From Phoronis australis (Eukaryota > Animalia > Phoronida): a DNA stretch of 64,000 bases. The notes below the pieces were generated by a model, which worked only from the letters and a program-made list of their open reading frames with translations, was not told the DNA's origin and made no database searches. Every line of letters begins with the position of its first letter. Positions within the stretch are counted from its first letter, which is position 1. The position numbers and the translations under genes were made by a program. Shown here piece by piece: positions 1 to 13,748 of this stretch. The stretch is from the NCBI GenBank assembly GCA_002633005.1, contig NMRA01000361.1:124001-188000 (forward strand). The letters are read 5' to 3'.

Positions 1-758
1 AAAGGCATGTGACCGAGGTTAAGCAAGACTTGAAACGCTTAGAATGATTTGCAAAGTGGTGGGTAAGGAAAAAATTCCACATCATATTTATTCATCTCGG
101 GTAGATTTTCTTTTTTGAAACACTGAACAACTAAAACATACCACACCATGACCGACTCGATTTAAAAGCACAGATGAAAATCAACTACACCTTTCTGCCT
201 GGTGTTGAAACCCTTTGTAGATTTATGTAGTTAGAAAGTGGAATCTTTTGTGGAGTTTCAAATTGCCTAAAGAGGACCCTCAAGTAGAGAATATTGTCAG
301 GAAAGCACCCTTTCGTAGGGAAACTGATTTTGAAAAAGTTGTTCTTCTAAATGGCCTGTCCTGTATCTCGTTTATAGGAGAACCCCCGGAATCAAACTCA
401 AATCAAGATTACACTAACTTGTCATGGAGGACACAGGTGGTCTCTCGCGCTCCCAGGGTGAGTTACAAGAGGGCATGAGTCCGCTTGAACTCTTAACGAG
501 AATTTCTCCACAGATCCTTTAAGCGCATTTAATGATTAGTCTTGTTTTTTGACTTTTTAACTCGACCTGCAAAACAGCACTAATTAGAATTAGACAGAGT
601 ATAACTACACCTACTTCCTCATCAGATACTTTCAAAATCCTCTTTTCTTTGAGCAGCGTTTTGATTTGAATGTGACAAACTGTTAGTACTGAAAGCTTGT
701 CCTAGGCAAAGGGTCTGCGCTAACAACTGGCCGTAAAGAGGGTATAATGAGATACATG

Positions 759-1712
759 TAAAGACGACTGAGGTTTGACACAGTACCACCACGTCCATAT
801 TGTAATACAACCAACACAAATATAAAAGCTAATAAGAATCCGAGTAAACGTCATTGATAAATGGCCCTAATGACATAGGCGGATCCAGGGAGGTCAAGCG
901 GGTCCGGACCCCCCCCTCACAGAATGGATATAGTGGTTCTTGGTAGGGAGTCTTTTTCTCCTGTTGTGTAACTCGCTTACAACGCGTAGGTCACGCTCGC
1001 ACGTTTAGACTTTAGTACGTTAGACAGCAGTTTCCGAAACTTGCTCCAAACTCTTCAGGGTTGACGAGGGTTAAAGACGGCAGCATTTTTTGTTTCAGAG
1101 GGCTGGGTGGAAATGCAGTTGCTAATGCTTCTCATGTGCGAAAACTGTGTCTAGTATCCTTTTAAAACCCTGCGAGTGTCGTCTGATGTCACTGGCTACT
1201 GAGTGGAAAGTGTTGCACGTCATACACTGCTAAATNAGATAAAGACGACTGAGGTTTGATACAGTACCATGCACCACATCCATATTGTAATACAACCAAC
1301 ACAAATATATACGCTAATAAGAATTCGAGTAAACGTCATTGATAAATGGCCCTAATGACATAGGCGGATCCAGGGAGGTCAAGCGGGTCCGGACCCTCCC
1401 CCTCACAGAATGGATATAGTGGTTCTTGGTAGGGAGTCTTTTTCTCCTGTTGTGTAACTCGCTCACAACGCGTAGGTCACGCTCGCACGTTTAGACTTTA
1501 GTACGTTAGACAGCAGTTTCCGAAACATGCTCCAAACTCTTCAGGGTTGACGAGGGTTAAAGACGGCAGCATTTTTTGTTTCAGAGAGCTGGGTGGAAAT
1601 GCAGTTGCTAATGCTTCTCATGTGCGAAAACTGTGTCTAGTATCCTTTTAAAACCCTGCGAGTGTCGTCTGATGTCACTGGCTACTGAGTGGAAAGTGTC
1701 GCACTGCTAAAT
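759..1712. repeat. Near-identical ~475-bp tandem duplication (759-1235 / 1240-1712) joined at a single N (1236); probable uncollapsed haplotype overlap
   Basis: The copies differ only by a few SNPs and small indels, and the junction is exactly a 1-base N. Confidence 0.85.
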
Positions 1713-3712
1713 ATTTAGTGGATTTTTCATATTGGTGCTCTCTAGGGTAATGAGATCACGAATGTGACTTCCGTCCAATACAGCTTATTGTACCCTCTTA
1801 AACAGCGCCACCTATACTGAAAAGTGGCCCTGTGGAAACATGATGAACGGCGACACACGGAATTCCGTGTGTGGGCATCGATGTGCATGCTTGGTCGGAA
1901 GTTTACCGATCACATCGCCACCACTTGCAAACGCTTTCTATACACTGAACTTGTTTGGGCTTAAGTCACTGGATCGGGGTTTCCTTGATTTTGTTTTCTT
2001 CGATCACTGCCCGTTTTGATAAATTGTAACTATTCAAGTCAAAGATGGTCGCCATACTACTATAAACTCAAAGGGGTTTCCCAGATTTCAACCTCTGAGA
2101 ATGACTGAATGTTATGACGTCGGTTTCATTACTTTAACCAAAGACAAGCCATGTTAAACAACATTCCACAGTGCTACCTTTTGTAGCACTGTGAAAGAGT
2201 GTAAGCTTATTGTTGATAGCAGTTCACAAATCATTGGCTAAGGTGGCGCCACCGGTCACGCAAAGCAGTATGGGTAATATTTCTGGAGTTCACTGTGGGA
2301 ATAGCGTAATGGCAGACGACTGGTTATTGAATAAACTAAATGTATTCGATGCTCTTGGGACCATAATATTTCTTCAAGGTCGAGGCGTGCCAAGTAGCGC
2401 ACACGAAAAACAAATATTAGTCGGAGGTGGGTTCGATAGTGCGAAAAACCTATATTCCGGAAAATGATGGCTCTTGGACTCACATATTTATCTTTTTTAC
2501 ACCTTCGTGAATTATTGATTGGGTACGGACTGGAGCTTGCCACATCCAACATGAGAATGCCAGCTTGTTAACTAATTGAAAACTGATCAACGATATTTAG
2601 CTAGTCTTGCAGAAAACGTGGGAATCACTGAAGTATCAAAAATGTAAATCCTTGTAAGATTTTTAAAATGTCACCATTTCTGTACAAAATTCCATCTCTG
2701 TTAAGTACAACGTTTTATTTTTACGATCGATGCCCGTATTTAGGCTCCGGCCCTAAATTCAAAGTCACGCCTATATTTGGAATCAAATGCGCGAACCCAT
2801 TGAGTAAAACAACCCTACTGTGGTGCACTCCAAAATTAAAAAATAAGCACTGCTATTTGGCTCGCGGAATGCTGTGAATACTTTCGTCAATGCTAGCTCA
2901 GTGCGCCTGGCCTACAGTGGGTGTCAGTTTACTCGTGCATACGTGCTTCTACATTAGTTTATGTCTAGATTAAGCACTTAATTTTGCTTTACAGATGGAA
3001 ACTGTAGGCTTATCTTAAAATCTATTGTAAATTTCCAAAAGATGCACCTCTAAAAGACCTCCCTCCTAAAGAACGCCTACACAAAACAAGAAATTTGTAT
3101 GAGCCAGATTTTACTACAAAGTGTTTTGTGACTTTTAAGAAAGATCTGTTGATGAAGTGAAACGGTAAACTCATTCCTGCGTTTTTACCCAATAATTTGT
3201 ACTTTTAGAATGAATTCTAACTTTCACGTTTGTGACGATGAAAATGTTATGTTGATTAAAAAAAGTCGTTGTTCGTGCCATTTGCTGCGGAGTGACAAAA
3301 TATATTTCACCCGAAATGGAATATTATTCTAATATCCTGTATATGACATTCAGTTATCCCTAGCATTCAAAAAGTAACTTGTTTATGAACGAATGCCTTT
3401 ATTTCCATCAGCGGATTAAAAAACACTCCCAGTTCACCCGCTTTATCGGCCACAGCCGCTGCCTTTATCACCAATTCTTCTTCGCCAGGCTGTAGGTGGC
3501 GCTGAACGCCTGTCCACCAAAGACCCGGGCCCAGTCTCGAATCGTTTTACCCGGAATGGAACTCGAAATCATATTTGGCATTTTCTACAGACTCTACTTT
3601 TGTGCGAACTCAAGATAAGTGTCTATTACCAGTGTAATTTGCGAGCGTAAAGCACGAGCGTACATTACGAGCACAGAATTGGATGGTCTATTGACGTAAT
3701 GTAGGACTCCAG

Positions 3713-3908
3713 TGGGCGGTTGCATGAAACAGTCCCAAACAGGGTCTCAGCTATGTTCCCTTTGTGGACTTGTGAAAACACTGATTGTCCTTTCTCATGC
3801 TGTTTTAGTACCATTACTAAGTCAATTCTTGGCTTTGATACAAAGCGAGAGTGAAGTTTATGTTGAATTCTCCATATAATTGAAAATAAGTAGGAATCTT
3901 TCATGCAA
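3713..3908. repeat. Dispersed repeat / MITE fragment related to 6093-6465
   Basis: 3764-3908 aligns with 6093-6243. GGGCGGTTGCATGAAACAGTCCCAAA at ~3714 is the inverted counterpart of TTTGGGACTGTTTCACGCAACCGGCC at ~6440-6465. Confidence 0.6.
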
Positions 3909-4249
3909 AATCCACTCGGGATCTAGATTACGGGAGATAACGACTACGTCATGTAAAAATCTATATATAATTCAAAAACGTTCTGTAAAGCCTTCGACTC
4001 AGTTGCTGATTGCAACTTAAAGTTTTATCGTACAAGCAAGTTTTTAGGAGGAGAAGTCGATGAGAAAAGTGATTTTAGACTATTCCCCCGTCTCGCATCC
4101 AACTGTTGAGACTGGTGAACAACGATGGCGCCTGGTTCTTCATGGGCTGATGAAAAATGTGAGCCCCGTGTGAAAGCATAGACTTGTGCTAAGAGCAAAT
4201 CGGGTAAAATTAAATCAGTGATTCAATACAAAACACTAGAACCTAAGCA

Positions 4250-5960
4250 TCGCAAGTAAAGTAACTCTGCTTAAGACTCTGATTGAACCTCAGTACATTG
4301 GAAGAGTCTGAGTTTTCGTGGTATTCTCGCCTATCTTCCCGACTCGATCCTAAGTGAGGATAGCGCACATGCGATAGAATAATCCGTTGGTGCTCTAAAA
4401 ATTCCGACGCAGAGTGCATCAACCCTGGAGGCAACACTATGTTTCAGGGTCGTATAAGTGAAAAAACGAGTTTTGGGCAGATTATTTCTCACTAAGCCCG
4501 TTGAGAGAGTCCAACGTGCATAAAAAGCGCCATCATAGCTTTCCCCTTTTGACTTTGGCAAGCGATTGCCAGGTTAATGATTGATGCAAGATATGAAATC
4601 CGGAAACAGACCCTTAGTCGTAGCTTAGTAAAGAACTGACTTATAGTTGATAATGGATTTCACATCAGCAATTCCCGTGGTTAGTGAAACAAGGCCATTA
4701 TCTGTTGCATCTTTAACTTCAACTAATCATTAGATACTTGTATTGTACAATGTGTCCACTCACGGAAATGAGTTACAAAGCCACGTTTCGCAACCACATA
4801 GCGCAGCGGATTGTTACACAGGCATTCCAGACAGATTTTTTTCACCAAAAACGGGGCGTCATTGTTCTTAAACAAAAAACACACAATTTTAGCAAATGGT
4901 CTCTTTTCTCTCTGGCATGCTGTCGTATTTGTTGAGGCATGGGATCGGTAGAAATAATAGCGCCAATGTAACAGTAAGTATTGTTATGAGTGATTTTCAC
5001 GTTTTCCCAAATGTACTTCTCTGTGGTGTTCTCCGTTGACAGTCGTTGGGTGGATTATCATGCCAATCTTCTCAGCGCAATTATGAAGGACAGTAATTTT
5101 TCCAGGAATTTGTCTCTCGATGAGGCAAACATTACAATGTGATCCATAAATAACAGACACTGTATCTCCTGCAGCCACCCATTGAATCCAGTAGCGTTGA
5201 CTGCGTCTACACTGGCAATGATAAATAGGGTGAAGGGGGGGGGGCGCAACTTGTACTTCCACCCAGTTTCACACCGCGTTTGGGTATGAAACTATCTCAC
5301 CAATGTTGTACACGGATGGGCATAACGACTCGGATATTGCCCTCAATAAACGTTGTCACATCCTTTATCTCTTAGTTGTTAAGGCAGAAGCTTCCTGTTG
5401 ACTTTGTCATACGCCTCTTCATAGTCAATGAAACCTCCTATGTATATTTTTTGTTTCAATTTCTTTGCAATTTTAATTAAGAGTCTGGTTGTGAGTATTT
5501 GTTCTTTACAATTCCTGCCTTTCTGAGCATCAGGCTGTTCTGGCCTCGGACTGTGCCACATTAAGGAACGGTTTGCAAGTAAAGAGTCATGCAACTTTAC
5601 AAGAAGATTTTATGATGTTGATGGACCAATAATTTGTGGGGGGCGAGTCTGTTTCATTTTTGTGGATATTAAACATCTTCAAATGTCCCCACTGTACTCG
5701 CCATTAATTTAACACATCGTGAAACAACTCTATTAGCAGGGCAATCCAGTCGTCGTCCAGCGCTTTAAGTATACCAGGTGGCAGCCGTCAGTACCCGCTG
5801 CTTTATTTGAGCTGAGCTTGCAAATTCGGGTAAACACCTCGTCAGGTGTTAAGTTGTCACCCAACACTGGGAAGAATACATTGGTATTGATATCTGTTTC
5901 TGCAACACTGGTGGATGCGTCCGGCGAACAAAAGGTGGCAGTAATGGGTACAACCTTGGT
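4250..5960 (-). mobile_element. Decayed non-LTR retrotransposon (LINE) ORF2/RT
   Basis: Frameshifted motifs in RT order on the minus strand: NKAAGTDG, FIDYEEAYDKVNR, LLFMDHIVMFA (YADD box), YIGAIIS..., GCETWL, SLRIESGR. Confidence 0.85.
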
Positions 5961-6092
5961 CATCAGTTGGTTTGTCTACTGAGGTCATCCACAAGAGCGT
6001 CGAACGACCCACTCCATAACGATTTGGGATCTCTAGAGTTCAGTCCAAATAGATACTCAACTACTGTAAGTTCCCTAAATCTACTGCATGTT

Positions 6093-6465
6093 TTTGGACT
6101 TGTGAAAACATCGATTGACTTTTCTTGTATTGTTTTAGTTTCATTACTAAGTCAACTTTTGACTTTAATACAAATCGAGAACTAATGAACTCTATCTTAA
6201 ATTGTCAATATTGCCGAAAATAAGTAGGGATCTTTTCATGCAACACCCTCAATTTAAGGACTAAGTCCCTATTTATTTCAATGAACTCTGAGCTCAGTTT
6301 TTAGTTATAATATCAGAAAATGTCAGTAATCAAAGAGGAGCTCATGACAAAGATGAAATGATAGAAAAAATATTGCATCTGTAAGTCCATAAAAAACAAA
6401 ATACGCAAAAAGACCTAAAAACCTTAGCTAAGTCCCTATTTGGGACTGTTTCACGCAACCGGCCA
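6093..6465. repeat. MITE-like fragment, second copy of the 3713-3908 family
   Basis: Shares internal sequence and the inverted terminal motif with 3713-3908. Confidence 0.55.
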
Positions 6466-7015
6466 CAGAATTCTACGCCAACGGGAAGACACGTTTGGTG
6501 TGCCGTGGTGATTAGCTGGCCCACGATTTTCAGTTATTTAGTAGCTAAACAAGCGATATACAAGAGTTTGTGATCGCCTCGCAGCGATCGTTAATGTGGC
6601 TAACTCCGGCAAAGAATATGTAAAAACAATGTTATCTATCGAAGAAACATTTGTGTCTTTGACACAACATGCATTAATTCCGAGAAAACGAGCTCGTGAG
6701 TTAAATCTCTTGAACACACCTGGGGGTTTGCGTATATTGGCACAGCAATGGGAGCATGAACTAATATTTGGGCTCATGTGCTCAAAAACATCTAGATCAG
6801 CCTATCGACAATTCAGATCTCGCATAAAACAAACGCAGAAACTTACAAACCAGTTCTTCTCGCAATTTACTGCTACATGTACAAGTTCAGTCTTCTATGA
6901 GGTTTAGATCAAGGTTGGTTACATTGCCTATTGATCTCTGGACACATTTAAGAGTAACAAAAGCCGCCGCCAAGACATACCTGGCAGTAAAATGAAGTGT
7001 TTCTCACAGCGACTT

Positions 7016-7105
7016 AGGTGTCTGTGCTGCTAAAGATGAGGTGTCTGTGCTGCTAAAGATGAGGTGTCTGTGCTGCTAAAGATGACAGAGGTGCTGCTAA
7101 ACATG
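7016..7105. repeat. 23-bp tandem repeat (AGGTGTCTGTGCTGCTAAAGATG) x3 plus a partial unit
   Basis: Units start at 7016, 7039 and 7062; degenerate fourth unit. Confidence 0.95.
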
Positions 7106-7506
7106 CGCAGTTTCACAGCGGTCTTTACTAACTTGATGTTCTGTGCTTCTGATAAAACATCGTTTGATTTCTGTTTCATCCTTGGGCACGTACAAAAATG
7201 TGGTAACCATGTTTGATTGCGTTCTTCGATTAAAGCGATCCATTCGTTCTTGGATGGTGCCATTTCCTGGAATAACAACGTCGTCTGCCGTACGCTTGGT
7301 GTTGCCCTGAGAACACCGCAGGCGGTTTTACTATCTCCAGCTTCAAAATTGCTTCTTGCGGCTTTTGTGCCACAAAGAGAATCATAGAATCGTAGTTGGC
7401 AATATCCGTGGAACAGATGTATTGATTTCGGTAGGCTGCTGACTAGTTGGGGAGTCGGTGCAGAAGTGAATTCGGTTTACGAGCGGAATTAGACTCTAGT
7501 ATTAAC

Positions 7507-7572
7507 CATGGGCGGTGCAGCACTGAAATACGTGGGGCTATAGTCCCACACCCCTATGGTGCGCCGCCCATG
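7507..7572. mobile_element. 66-bp mini-MITE, CATGGGCGG TIRs, imperfect 5-bp TSD (TTAAC/TTAAT)
   Basis: TIR CATGGGCGGTGCA...TGCGCCGCCCATG; internal GGGGCTATAG shared with 42143-42255. Confidence 0.75.
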
Positions 7573-8249
7573 TTAATGCATCCATAAAGGCTATGACCGT
7601 GCCGACGAATGGCTCATCTCGTCGAGCAGAAAAACAAAACAACGGTATCAAAGTTGGCCATGAGTATTGAAATAAGGCTTGGCTGGTTTCGGGCATCTGG
7701 TTGAAATACGCGGTTTGGACTTCGTTCAATAATCGGCAATGTCAGTTTTCGCGAAGTCCATCTGAAGTAAAACTTCATTGTGAGGCAAGTGTTTTTTGAG
7801 GACTCAAGTTGTTGATATTGTTTCTTTACTCCGGAAGCGTGGTCTGAGAAATCAGCTCTTAAAGACTTCGTCGAATGATGTCGCGGTTGACGGCAGTCCT
7901 GGTTGGAGTTCTGCAAGCATTTTATTGCACTTGACCTTCTGCCAAACTCTGTATTTAACAGTTTCAAGAAGGTTTTCCAAAATCATAAGAATTTTTTCAT
8001 TCTGAAGCAGGTTTCAGGGATTTTCGCTCCCTTTGACGCCACAAGCTCGTAGTTCCTGCACCTTCAACGTCATGTTCGCGTGACGTAACCACTGGAAGAA
8101 GATAAATTTTGACGTGTGTGGATTAATATTCAATGTGCAATTCGGGTTTGATATATAACGTATGACACTTCATTCTACACTTTCAGTGCATGGACATCTA
8201 ACCCTGTTTTGATTCATTGTTGGTTTACGGTTTACTGTCATAAGCATAG

Positions 8250-8819
8250 TATTTTGCCAAGTTTCCAGCAAAAGCATTGTGGATAAACCTCTTTTGTTTG
8301 TTAGAGCATCCCCGTTTTGCTAAACTGACTCCTTCAAAAACGGCGTTGTTGAGCATCAATTTTAATTCCATCATTTCTTTTCTGCCAGACGAGATCGATG
8401 GCACCAATGTTTGGCGCTTTGGGCTGTGGCAGTGTCGTCATTATTGCCACGCAGCTTCTTTGAGCCGTACCGTTCGCTTAGTTTGTGCTTTCACCTTTTT
8501 CAGTTTCAAATTTGCATCGAGATTAACCAGTTGTTATGTTATACGTAAGTCGTTCTTAAAAATAAAGTTTGTAATGAGTTTTAAAACTGTGTATTTTTAG
8601 AATTTAGCTGCTCATGTACTTACTCAGAATGTCACTAACGTCACACGCTGTGTGTTTTTAAAATCGTTCAAGGTGCGCCTATAACCGGAGCGCCGCCTGC
8701 GCCAAATTGCGGAACTTAGGCGCATGCGCTTATATGCAGGATATTTGAGTAAAGAAATCTAGCAAAAATGCAGTAATCTGCAAATAGGCGCATGCGCCTA
8801 ATTGCAAGGCTATACGGTA
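8250..8819 (-). mobile_element. Tc1/mariner (pogo/Tc2-like) terminal relic
   Basis: Terminus reads TA-CCGTATAG on the minus strand at 8819, with subterminal TAGGCGCATGCGC repeats. A decayed DANLKLK segment resembles pogo N-terminal DNA-binding domains. Confidence 0.45.
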
Positions 8820-10449
8820 GCCAAGTAATTATCAACGTCTCACAAGTCTACTAATTGATATAAATTATTCCAGTAAAACTAGCAGTTATGTGTATATTCT
8901 CAGAGATAGGAATTATGCAAACCTTGAATTGGCGTGGAAATATAGACACGCGTCAGCGCGTATAGCAGAAAGGTCACGGGTTCAGAATTTTGTTCATTAG
9001 ATCACGTGACGATCAGATGGCGTGCAGACCAGACTTAAATATGTTTTTCTCAAGTAAGATTTAAATTGTTTTTCAGAAAAAAGTATGTGGAGCCTTAGAC
9101 CACATTTATATCTTAAATCATAATTTACTGCTCATGAAACATACCCCAGGGATACGAAGGATTCGATGGCTTATAATGAAATCCCCGCGTGAGACTGCTT
9201 CATGGTTCTTAAGTGTTGTACTATTTCGCAGCTATTAGTTTTTCACTAAAAACGCAATCAAAATCGAACAGAAAAGAGAATTTATATTCATTGTGTATTA
9301 AAATATTATATAGCGATTAATCTTACTTAACACTTTTGTCTTCACGATGTATCATACCTGATGACTAATGGACATTTTAAAGATTTCCTGTATACTCCTC
9401 GGAGATAATACAGAATAGCAATTTTTGTAATGTCTTCTTTGTAATTAATTACTTCTTTCCGGTGTATTTTGTGACGAAAGTTAGCCACAAATTCCGCAAG
9501 GAATTTCAAAAAATAAATCGCATGCATCAATAAGTAGGTGCACAAAAATAAGTCAACATTTTGAGAAATAACAACTGAACAGAAGAATTTGTGAAAAGCT
9601 CATGTGACAACACGAAGTCACAGAACTGATAGGTATAGATAGAAGATTCATCGAAATATTTTTTGCACATCATTTATAATGGAAGTAAATCGGAACAAAT
9701 TCCCTTTGGGGGCTAAATACCTGTTGAGTGTGCTAGTACTGATTAAATCAAACTCCGTTGGGTACTTATGAAATCAAAAAGCTCGTACCTGGTTACCTTT
9801 CATTTCTCTTCACCTATTTGTCATCTGCAGACTATGTTGATAGAATATGTCCTTGACATTGCACACGAATTGCATTTTTCGAACTTGTGTCACACTGTCA
9901 AAACACTGACATTCAAATGTATGTCACCCGCAAAACCAGTGATGCAAAAGTCGACAACTTTACACATGTATACAGGTAATACAGTCAAAAAGCTTGAAAA
10001 CACACCAAACACAGGTGGCGCTCTAAAGTGTCGCAGGAGCATCCATCAAAAAGCAGTCAAGCTATTAATACTAACATATTGGGCATTTTGTTGAGAAATT
10101 GCTACTTTTACTAGTAAACAATAAAGCTACGCGACATGCATACACCTCACCAATGATCCGGGTTTTCTGTTATATTTTCAGATAGTTTGTTATCCTTTTG
10201 AGAAAAAGAAAGATATGAATTAACAACGTCATTTCAAAAGTGTAAGTTAAATAAGTAAAAAATAAACGTTAGATGCGCTTGACGTTTTTTGTCACACTAT
10301 CAAAATCTATCGTAGAACTAGGCCTATACAAAACATGACCATTGCGTGTAAAAACAAACTAGAGAAAAAATAACTTCTTTGATTTTTTGATGGATGTTAG
10401 CAGAAAAGACGTCTCTCTTTATGATTGAAGGAACTATAATTCAGGCGAC

Positions 10450-11840
10450 CTAGGTCATGTTATCTGTTGTCATGAACTAAGTCCAGTAACCGCACGAAAA
10501 GGTCACAGGTCTCGTTCAAGGTGCTTGGCATTTCGATGCCATTTTCATCGCGCAACAGGTGAAATAGCCCATGGTATTCTTCATAGCAATCACGTACAAG
10601 GTCATTTAGGACACCGAGTTCATTCCTGACCACGCCACGTAAACACTCCTCACGGCCAAGCAATTCGACACGTAATAGATGAAATCAGGTTCATCATGCG
10701 GTCATGCGGTGTATTCTGCATGCTTACGAGATTTTTCTTAAAGTATGCGCAATCCGCACTTGACTAATTCTCGTCGCTATAGGCGCATATAACAATACTT
10801 GATACATTGCAGGTCGGTTTGATTGGTCGTATTCATGATGCCCAAGAGACTTAAACTTGTCAATAAATGACGACATTTCCATCGTTAAAAACTTGCTCCA
10901 CCAACGTTCATTCCTCTGATTTGCAGTCGCACCCAGTCTTGCTCGGTATCGTCATGAATGCCGGAAAGGAAGGTCCGCACCAGCTCAATGTTAACATTTT
11001 CTGTACAGGCCCGATCTTTCAACTTCAAGGAGACCTTTTACTTGACTAAGTGTATCCGAAAATACTTGCATTTAACTGATTCGAGTCATTGCTTGTGGAA
11101 GTCACTTCCAACCATATAACACGCCTGGAAAACCCATCAATACAACAGTGTAAGCACAAGCAATCGGCATCAGCTTGTCGCAACCGTCTATGCGCCACAA
11201 ACGATTCGGGCCACGGGTGTGATAGGCCCACCTAATCAACCTTCTCTGTTACCGCAATTGCGTTCCATCAGCGTCCATCAGTGAAATGAAGCCCCTGGCG
11301 CACAATTTTCATGTCCAATACTATCCCATAGACCTTAGTTACTTTACTGTACATGACTCTATAACTACGATTTTGTCCTGTTGCTTCCAGTTCTCGTTCG
11401 ACAACGTCACAAACAGCACCAATATTATGTTTGTTGCTACGCTTACTTAAGTCTCGGCTTCTTAAAGATTCGCCTCAACTGTCTTAAACTGATGGTGTAG
11501 TCACGATTCTTTTGCAATAACAATAGAATTTCAAAGGGCTCGAATCCAAGATTGTGGTACTCTTCAATCAAGTCATCTCTGCTTCCTTGAGTATCTCGTG
11601 GAAAGCAATCACATGTTCCATGCATTGCGCAAATAACTTGTAACGTTGTCAACCCGGGTGACGAAGGCTTTCCTTTAATTGGGCACTACCGTTGACCTCG
11701 TTATCGAGTTCTGTTTACGTACAGCGACACACTGAGGAAAATTATCTCGGGATCTCGAGATGCTGAGATAATTAAGTTGAGATCTCGAGATCCTGAGATA
11801 TATAAGACAAGATCTCGCGATCCAGAGATAATTAAAAAAG
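10450..11840 (-). mobile_element. Decayed integrase-core (IS3/IS481-related, IS3EU-like) DNA transposon
   Basis: N-terminal HTH-like DDLIEEYHNLGFEPFEILLLL..ISLRQLRRI, catalytic-region HCCIDGFSRRVIWLEVTSTSND and C-terminal MPSTLNETCDLF occur in broken frames. 30-bp subterminal repeats at 11751-11840. The superfamily name is from recall. Confidence 0.7.
11751..11840. repeat. Three 30-bp units GATCTCGAGATNCTGAGATAATTAAG (subterminal repeats)
   Basis: Exact 30-bp period at 11751, 11781 and 11811; palindromic ATCTCGAGAT core (one substitution in the third unit). Confidence 0.9.
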
Positions 11841-12320
11841 AAGCGTGCGAAATCATCTTTGGACCAGCGTAGGATTCAGAGTTGGTTTACTGACTAAAGC
11901 ATTTCATGCGGCTTATAAGTGCTCTTGACAACTAGTTTACGTTGTGTTGAATATGATGGTTTTATCGCAGGACATGTTGGCACGGTAGCCACATTTTTAT
12001 CTTAAACACTTTAATGATAAATTAAAATTGATTATGATGCTGTTGCACGTGATTTCACGTCGCAACTATTTCTTTGCTCTTGGTGATTGGTGGAATTGAA
12101 AAAAAAGGAAAAAGAAAGTTAACAACAAAGTAACAGAGAATAGGGAGCTTTTGATTCTAAGAAAAATCATTACACATACTTCTACTACTTCTCCAAACAT
12201 TCTATGTTCTATAAAGTTGTCCATCAGACCATCGCCATTCTCGTTACCCATTAGTACTCCCTATACATAGAAGCCACAGTATGTACTTCATTACACCTCA
12301 GTGTCGCATCGCATACATAC

Positions 12321-12640
12321 AGAGAGAGGGGGGAGAGGTATTAAGGGAGGAAAGGGAGAGAGAGGAGAGAGAGAAATCGAGAGAGAGAGAGANNNNNNNN
12401 NNNNNNNNNNNNNNNNNNNNNNNNNNNNNNNNNNNNNNNNNNNNNNNNNNNNNNNNNNNNNNNNNNNNNNNNNNNNNNNNNNNNNNNNNNNNNNNNNNNN
12501 NNNNNNNNNNNNNNNNNNNNNNNNNNNNNNNNNNNNNNNNNNNNNNNNNNNNNNNNNNNNNNNNNNNNNNNNNNNNNNNNNNNNNNNNNNNNNNNNNNNN
12601 NNNNNNNGAGAGAGAGAGAGAGAGAGTGAGAGAGAGAGAG
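12321..12640. repeat. (GA)n microsatellite spanning assembly gap 12393-12607
   Basis: GA runs on both sides of the N run. Confidence 0.95.
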
Positions 12641-13748
12641 GTCAGATTGTGGTTAGGGGTGACTGGGCATAGGTCATCACTGGAATGAACCAGAATACAC
12701 GTTAACGCGAATACACTCAGACAATTTCTTGGGGAGTGCCACCAAGTTCTGTCGCATGCCTCGTAGCCCGTGCTCTCCTTATTGCTCGTCAAATACGTAC
12801 AGTGTATGTATGCGCTCATCCCTTGGAGAATTCCTGATTTGTAAAAGCGTCTTGCAACTTAACAGTTAACTCAAAATGAGCGCTATTTGTGCATTTAGAT
12901 ATTACATCGCGTTGCCATGTGATAGCTCAACACTTACGTGCAAGATTTTTGATTTACATGTTTATGTAAACTACAACTGGTTCATAGACGATATTTGACC
13001 ATTATGTGTTGGTGTACTCTAGTGCAGGATGAAATTTGGTGAAGCTATATCATCCTACGCGTAAAAGCAAAGTTTACTAGGTGATATTATCATTCTGAAA
13101 TAACCCCCGGAGAAGACGACATTTCCGTGCATTTTGAAGTAGAATGGTGAAATTCGTGCAGCTCTATGTCATTTACATTTACCCAGCCACGGGGCAGCGA
13201 CTGGAAACCTGGGCACTCATTTTAAACAAGAGATTTTGAAAATGCCCCTTAGACAGCGTACCAGAAACCCAGGAATCGCACCCTTTCAAAATTTACCTCT
13301 TAAACCCATCACCCGAATAAAGTGAACGTGCCGCAAACTGACCCTAATAGTGTAAGTCGTGACCTTCGGCTTCATATTCATTCTCGTAAATAGACGAATT
13401 TAACCGACGTTTCCGGCACGATGTACATTTTACTCATTTCAAGATGCTGCTGTTTTCAGTTCCCTCGCATTTCTCCGGAATAAAAACACAACAAGTGGTA
13501 GGGGTGTAGGTGGAGGTAAAGTGAGTGTCGACAGAAGATGATGGGGGAGTAACACTGGTATCGACCTTGGGGCGAACGTGCACGGTGGCGGAGGCGAGAC
13601 TGAAGTCTCTCTTTTCTCCGCCTACCTATGTATTTTACAGTTTTGCTGTTAAACAGTATGAATTACAGATTTCTCTAAAATGAAAAATGCCTCAACAAAC
13701 GAGCTTTGATTGCCTTAATGGCTTAAATTTGGTCTTCTGTATTTGCAG

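Noticed and set aside
1015-1062. Hammerhead-like CUGAAGA...GAAAC...GUC on the minus strand
   Set aside because: The stem II closing pair and stem I do not form; a similar motif recurs at ~31975 as ordinary repeat sequence.
4893-4974. Exon-like plus-strand segment ending in gtaagt as a possible SLC43 5' exon
   Set aside because: It is the antisense of LINE ORF2 sequence and shows no SLC43 similarity.
6596-7967. ORFs of 80-117 aa as host genes
   Set aside because: No recognisable domain or splice-consistent structure; likely TE debris.
12281-12819. ORFs of 123-173 aa across the GA repeat
   Set aside because: Artefacts of translating (GA)n and the N gap.
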